Shown here one piece after another: positions 60,483 to 64,000 of a stretch of 64,000 nt of DNA. The translations under genes and the position numbers were made by a program. The notes beneath the pieces were generated by a model, which was given only the letters and a program-made list of their open reading frames with translations, had not been told where the DNA came from and did no database searches. Positions within the stretch are counted from its first letter, which is position 1; every line of letters starts with the position of its first letter. Source of the DNA: the human T2T-CHM13v2.0 reference genome, Homo sapiens. Where the stretch lies: NCBI RefSeq assembly GCF_009914755.1, contig NC_060926.1; one strand, given 5' to 3'.

Positions 60483-60733
60483 TATATTAGTTTCCTATGT
60501 TGCTACTGCAACATATTATCACAAATTTAGTTGATTAACACAATGGAAATTTATTCTCTTATAATCTGGAGGTCAGAGGCTAAAGTTAAGGTGCCTGCAG
60601 GGCTGCATTTCATCTGAAGGCTCCTGGAGAGAATTGATTTATTTTCCTTTTCCAGCTTCTATAGAGGCCAACTACATTCCTTTGCTCATGACCCTTTTCC
60701 TCTCAGCACTTCAATCTCTGCTTCCATCATCCC
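60483..60733 (-). mobile_element. MLT1 (D/E-like) LTR fragment
   Basis: TATATTAGTTTCCTAT..TGCT...AAATTTATTCTCTTA..TCTGGAGGTCAGA...CCTTTTCCAGCTTCT. Confidence 0.75.
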
Positions 60734-60734
60734 T

Positions 60735-61275
60735 AGAAAAATTACACACTTACTTCCCATTTGACACAGCAACCCCACATCTCAAATTCTATCCCACAAA
60801 TGCATTGGAAAAAAACAAAACAAAACAAAAAATAACCATACATAAAATGTTTTATTATAACACTACATGTAATAACAAAAGAATGAAAGCAATCCAAATG
60901 TCTATCTGAGCTGACTGAATGAACTGTGGTATGACACATATAATGAAATATTATGCAGTTGCATAAGAGGTAAAAGAATGTATTTATAGACTGATAATAT
61001 GAGCTCAAGGATATATTGTTAAGCAACAAAAAAAGAAAGAGAAATTGTAATATCATCTTTTATGTAATAAACGGAAGAGGTAAATGCACTTATGTATTTC
61101 CTTAAATAATTATATATATATTTATGTATCTCCTTATATAATAAAAATAAAATATTAAATTCCAAGGTATTTTTAAAATAGTAATCTTTAAGAAGAGGAG
61201 GGGACAGGAATGAGAATATAGGGATGAAAATCAGATTTCTGTGGATATAACATTTTATAGATTTTAATTTGGAAC
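60735..61275 (+). mobile_element. L1ME-like 3' fragment
   Basis: CCCATTTGACACAGCAACCCCAC...CCAAATGTC...TAATGAAATATTATGCAG. Confidence 0.65.
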
Positions 61276-61628
61276 TGTATTAGTTTCTTAGGGCTGCTAT
61301 AAAAAATTAGTGCCTTTGAACTACAGCAATTTATTGTCTCATAGTTCTGCATGCCAGAATTTCAAAATCAAGGTGTTGCTGGGACCATCCTCCCTCTAAA
61401 ACCTGTAGGGGAGAATCCTTCCTTTCCTATTCTACTTTTGTTGTTTGTCTGCAATTTCTGCCTCTATTCACATAGCCATCATCTCCCTGTGTCTCTTCTC
61501 TTCTTCTAAAAACAGCAGTCAGATTAGATTAAGGGCCCAGAATACTCCAGCATGACCTCATCTTAACTAATATTTTCAACAACCTTGTTTCCAAATAAGG
61601 TCATTTCTGAGGTCCTAGGAGTTGGGAC
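61276..61628 (-). mobile_element. MLT1B/C-like LTR interrupted by HERV-H
   Basis: TGTATTAGTTTCTTAGGGCTGCT...ATGACCTCATCTTAACTAA...TTTCCAAATAAGGTCA...GTTGGGAC, then an abrupt switch to LTR7. Confidence 0.8.
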
Positions 61629-62030
61629 TGTCAGGCCTCTGAGCCTAAGCTAAGCCATAATATCCCCTGTGACCTGCACGTACACATCCAGATGGCTGGT
61701 TCCTGCCTTAACTGATGACATTCCAACACAAAAGAAGTGAAAATGGCTTGTTCCTACCTTAACTGATGACATTATCTTGCGAAATTTCTTCTCCTGGCTC
61801 ATCCTGGCTCAAAAGCTCCCCTACTGAACACCTTGGGACCCCTACTCCTGCCCGCCAGACCACAACCCCCCTTTTTCCTTTACATACCCAAATCCTATAA
61901 AACGGCCCCACCCCTATCTCCCTTCACTGACTCTCTTTTCAGACTCAGCCAGCCTGCACCCAGGTGATTAAAAGCTTTATTGCTCACACAAAACCTGTTT
62001 GGTGGTCTCTTCACACAGACGCGCATGAAA
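61629..62030 (+). promoter_or_regulatory. HERV-H 5' LTR (LTR7, LTR7up-type)
   Basis: TGTCAGGCCTCTGAGC start; duplicated CCTTAACTGATGACATT; ACAAAAGAAG 61728-61737; TATAAAA 61896; GGCCCCACCC box; ATTAAA 61967; GCGCATGAAA end. Confidence 0.93.
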
Positions 62031-62399
62031 TTTGGTGCCATGACTCGGATCGGGGGACCTCCCTGGGGGATCAATGCCCTGTCCTCCTGCTCTTTGCTCC
62101 GTGAGAAAGATCCACCTACGACCTCAGGTCCTCAGACCCACCAGCCCAAGGAACATCTCACCAATTTTAAATCGGGTAAACGGCCTCTTCTTATTCTCTT
62201 CTCCAACCTCTCTCACTATCCCTCAACCACTTTCTCCTTTCAATCTTGGCACCACCCTTCAATCTCTCCCTTCTCTTAATTTCAATTCCTTTCATTTTCT
62301 GGTAGAGACAAAGGAGACATGTTTTATCCGTGGAACCAAAACTCCAGCACCAGTCATGGACTCAGGAAGGCAGCCTTCGCTTGGCATTTAATCATTGCA
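62031..62399 (+). mobile_element. HERV-H internal 5' leader with tRNA-His primer-binding site (62033-62050)
   Basis: TGGTGCCATGACTCGGAT PBS; GAGAAAGATCCACCTACGACCTCAGG; leader splice donor region TCGG|GTAAAC. Confidence 0.92.
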
Positions 62400-64000
62400 G
62401 GGGAGGAGCCAAGATGGCCGAATAGGAACAGCTCCGGTCTACACCTCCCAGCGTGAGCGACACAGAAGATGGTGATTTCTGCATTTCCATCTGAGGTACT
62501 GGGTTCATCTCACTAGGGAGTGCCAGACAGTGGGCACAGCTTTGAAGAGAGCAGTGGTTCTCCCAGCACGCAGCTGGAGATCTGAGAACTGGCAGACTGC
62601 CTCCTCAAGTGGGTCCCTGACCCCTGACCCCCGAGCAGCCTAACTGGGAGGCACCCCCCAGCAAGGGCACACTGACACCTCACACGGCAGGGTATTCCAA
62701 CAGACCTGCAGCTGAGGGTCCTGTCTGTTAGAAGGAAAACTAATAAACAGAAAGGACATCCACACCAAAAACCCATCTGTACATCACCATCATAAAAGAC
62801 CAAAAGTAGATAAAACCACAAAGATGGGGAAAAAACAGAACAGAAAAACTGGAAACTCTAAAACACAGAGCGCCTCTCCTCCTCCAAAGGAACGCAGTTT
62901 CTCACCAGCAACGGAACAAAGCTGGATGGAGAATGACTTTGAAGAGCTGAAAGAAGGCTTCAGACGATCAAATTACTCTGAGCTACAGGAGGACATTCAA
63001 ACCAAAGGCAAAGAAGTTGAAAACTTTGAAAAAAATTTAGAAGAATGTATAACTAGAATAACCAATACAGACAAGTGCTTAAAGGAGCTGATGGAGCTGA
63101 AAACCAAGGCTCAAGAACTACGTGAAGAATGCAGAAGCCTCAGGAGCTGATGCGATCAACTGGAAGAAAGGGTATCAGTGATGGAAGATGAAATGAATGA
63201 AATGAAGTAGGAAAGTTTAGAGAAAAAAGAATAAAAAGAAACGAGCAAAGCCTCCAAGAAATATGGGACTATGTGAAAAGACCAAATCTACGTCTGATTG
63301 GTGTACCTGAAAGTGATGGGGAGAATGGAACCAAGTTGGAAAACACTCTGCAGGATATTATCCAGGAGAACTTCCCTAATCTAGCAAGGCAGGCCAACGT
63401 TCAGATTCAGGAAATACAGAGAACACCACAAAGATACTCCTCGAGAAGAGCAACTCCAAGACACATAATTGTCAGATTCACCAAAGTTGAAATGAAGGAA
63501 AAAATGTTAAGGGCAGCCAGAGAGAAAGGTCGGGTTACCCTCAAAGGGAAGCCCATCAGACTAACAGCAGATCTCTTGGCAGAAACCCTACAAGCCAGAA
63601 GAGAGTGGGGGCCAATATTCAACATTCTTAAAGAAAAGAATTTTCAACCCAGAATTTCATATCCAGCCAAACTAAGCTTCATAAGTGAAGGAGAAATAAA
63701 ATACTTTACAGACAAGCAAATGCTGAGAGATTTTGTAACCACCAGGCCTGCCCGAAAAGAGCTCCTGAAGGAAGCGCTAAATATGGAAAGGAACAACCAC
63801 TACCAGCCGCTGCAAAATCATGCCAAAATGTAAAGACCATCAAGACTAGGAAGAAACTGCATCAACTAACGAGCAAAATCACCAGCTAACATCATAATGA
63901 CAGGATCAAATTCACACATAACAATATTAACTTTAAGTGTAAATGGACTAAATGCTCCAATTAAAAGACACAGACTGGCAAATTGGATAAAGAGTCAAGA
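62400..64000 (+). mobile_element. Young LINE-1 (L1PA2-like, L1PA3 possible) inserted in the HERV-H leader; 5'UTR lacks about 480 bp; continues past the window
   Basis: GGGGAGGAGCCAAGATGGCCGAATAGG start with YY1 site; lacks the ~129-bp segment; ORF1 at 62824; ORF2 ATG at 63897. Confidence 0.93.
62824..63833 (+). pseudogene. Disrupted L1 ORF1p
   Basis: MGKKQNRKTGNSK...CRSLRS* (CGA>TGA at 63148), a second stop/indel near 63208, then an open 186-aa C-terminal part ending QNHAKM. Confidence 0.93.

Noticed and set aside
62033-62050. tRNA-His-complementary sequence
   Set aside because: Retroviral primer-binding site, not a tRNA gene

Overview
AT-rich primate DNA (hominoid-type repeats: L1PA2-like, AluY, LTR7/HERV-H) that is intergenic or deep-intronic and dominated by nested retroelements. 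I see no host protein-coding gene, RNA gene or CRISPR array. Essentially all long ORFs are broken LINE-1 ORF1/ORF2 pieces or chance ORFs in Alu/MaLR sequence. Main content: an L1PA4-like element (1-5611), a full-length L1PA15/16-like element carrying two Alus and a MER11 LTR, three MaLR elements with internal sequence, many solo LTRs and 3' L1 fragments. The window ends in a nested stack: MLT1 > HERV-H (LTR7up-type) > L1PA2-like element whose 5'UTR appears spliced. Most notable: (1) an LTR7/HERV-H promoter just upstream of a promoter-deleted, apparently spliced young L1; (2) a THE1 element whose interior seems relocated outside its own TSDs, with a 28-bp duplication and a 31-bp micro-inversion; (3) a THE1 LTR flanked by a 71-bp duplication instead of 5 bp; (4) one endonuclease site reused by an L1 and later an Alu; (5) recurrent L1 breakpoints at the 3'UTR G-tract. 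Subfamily names come from recalled consensus sequences, not a database search, and boundaries of ancient elements are approximate.
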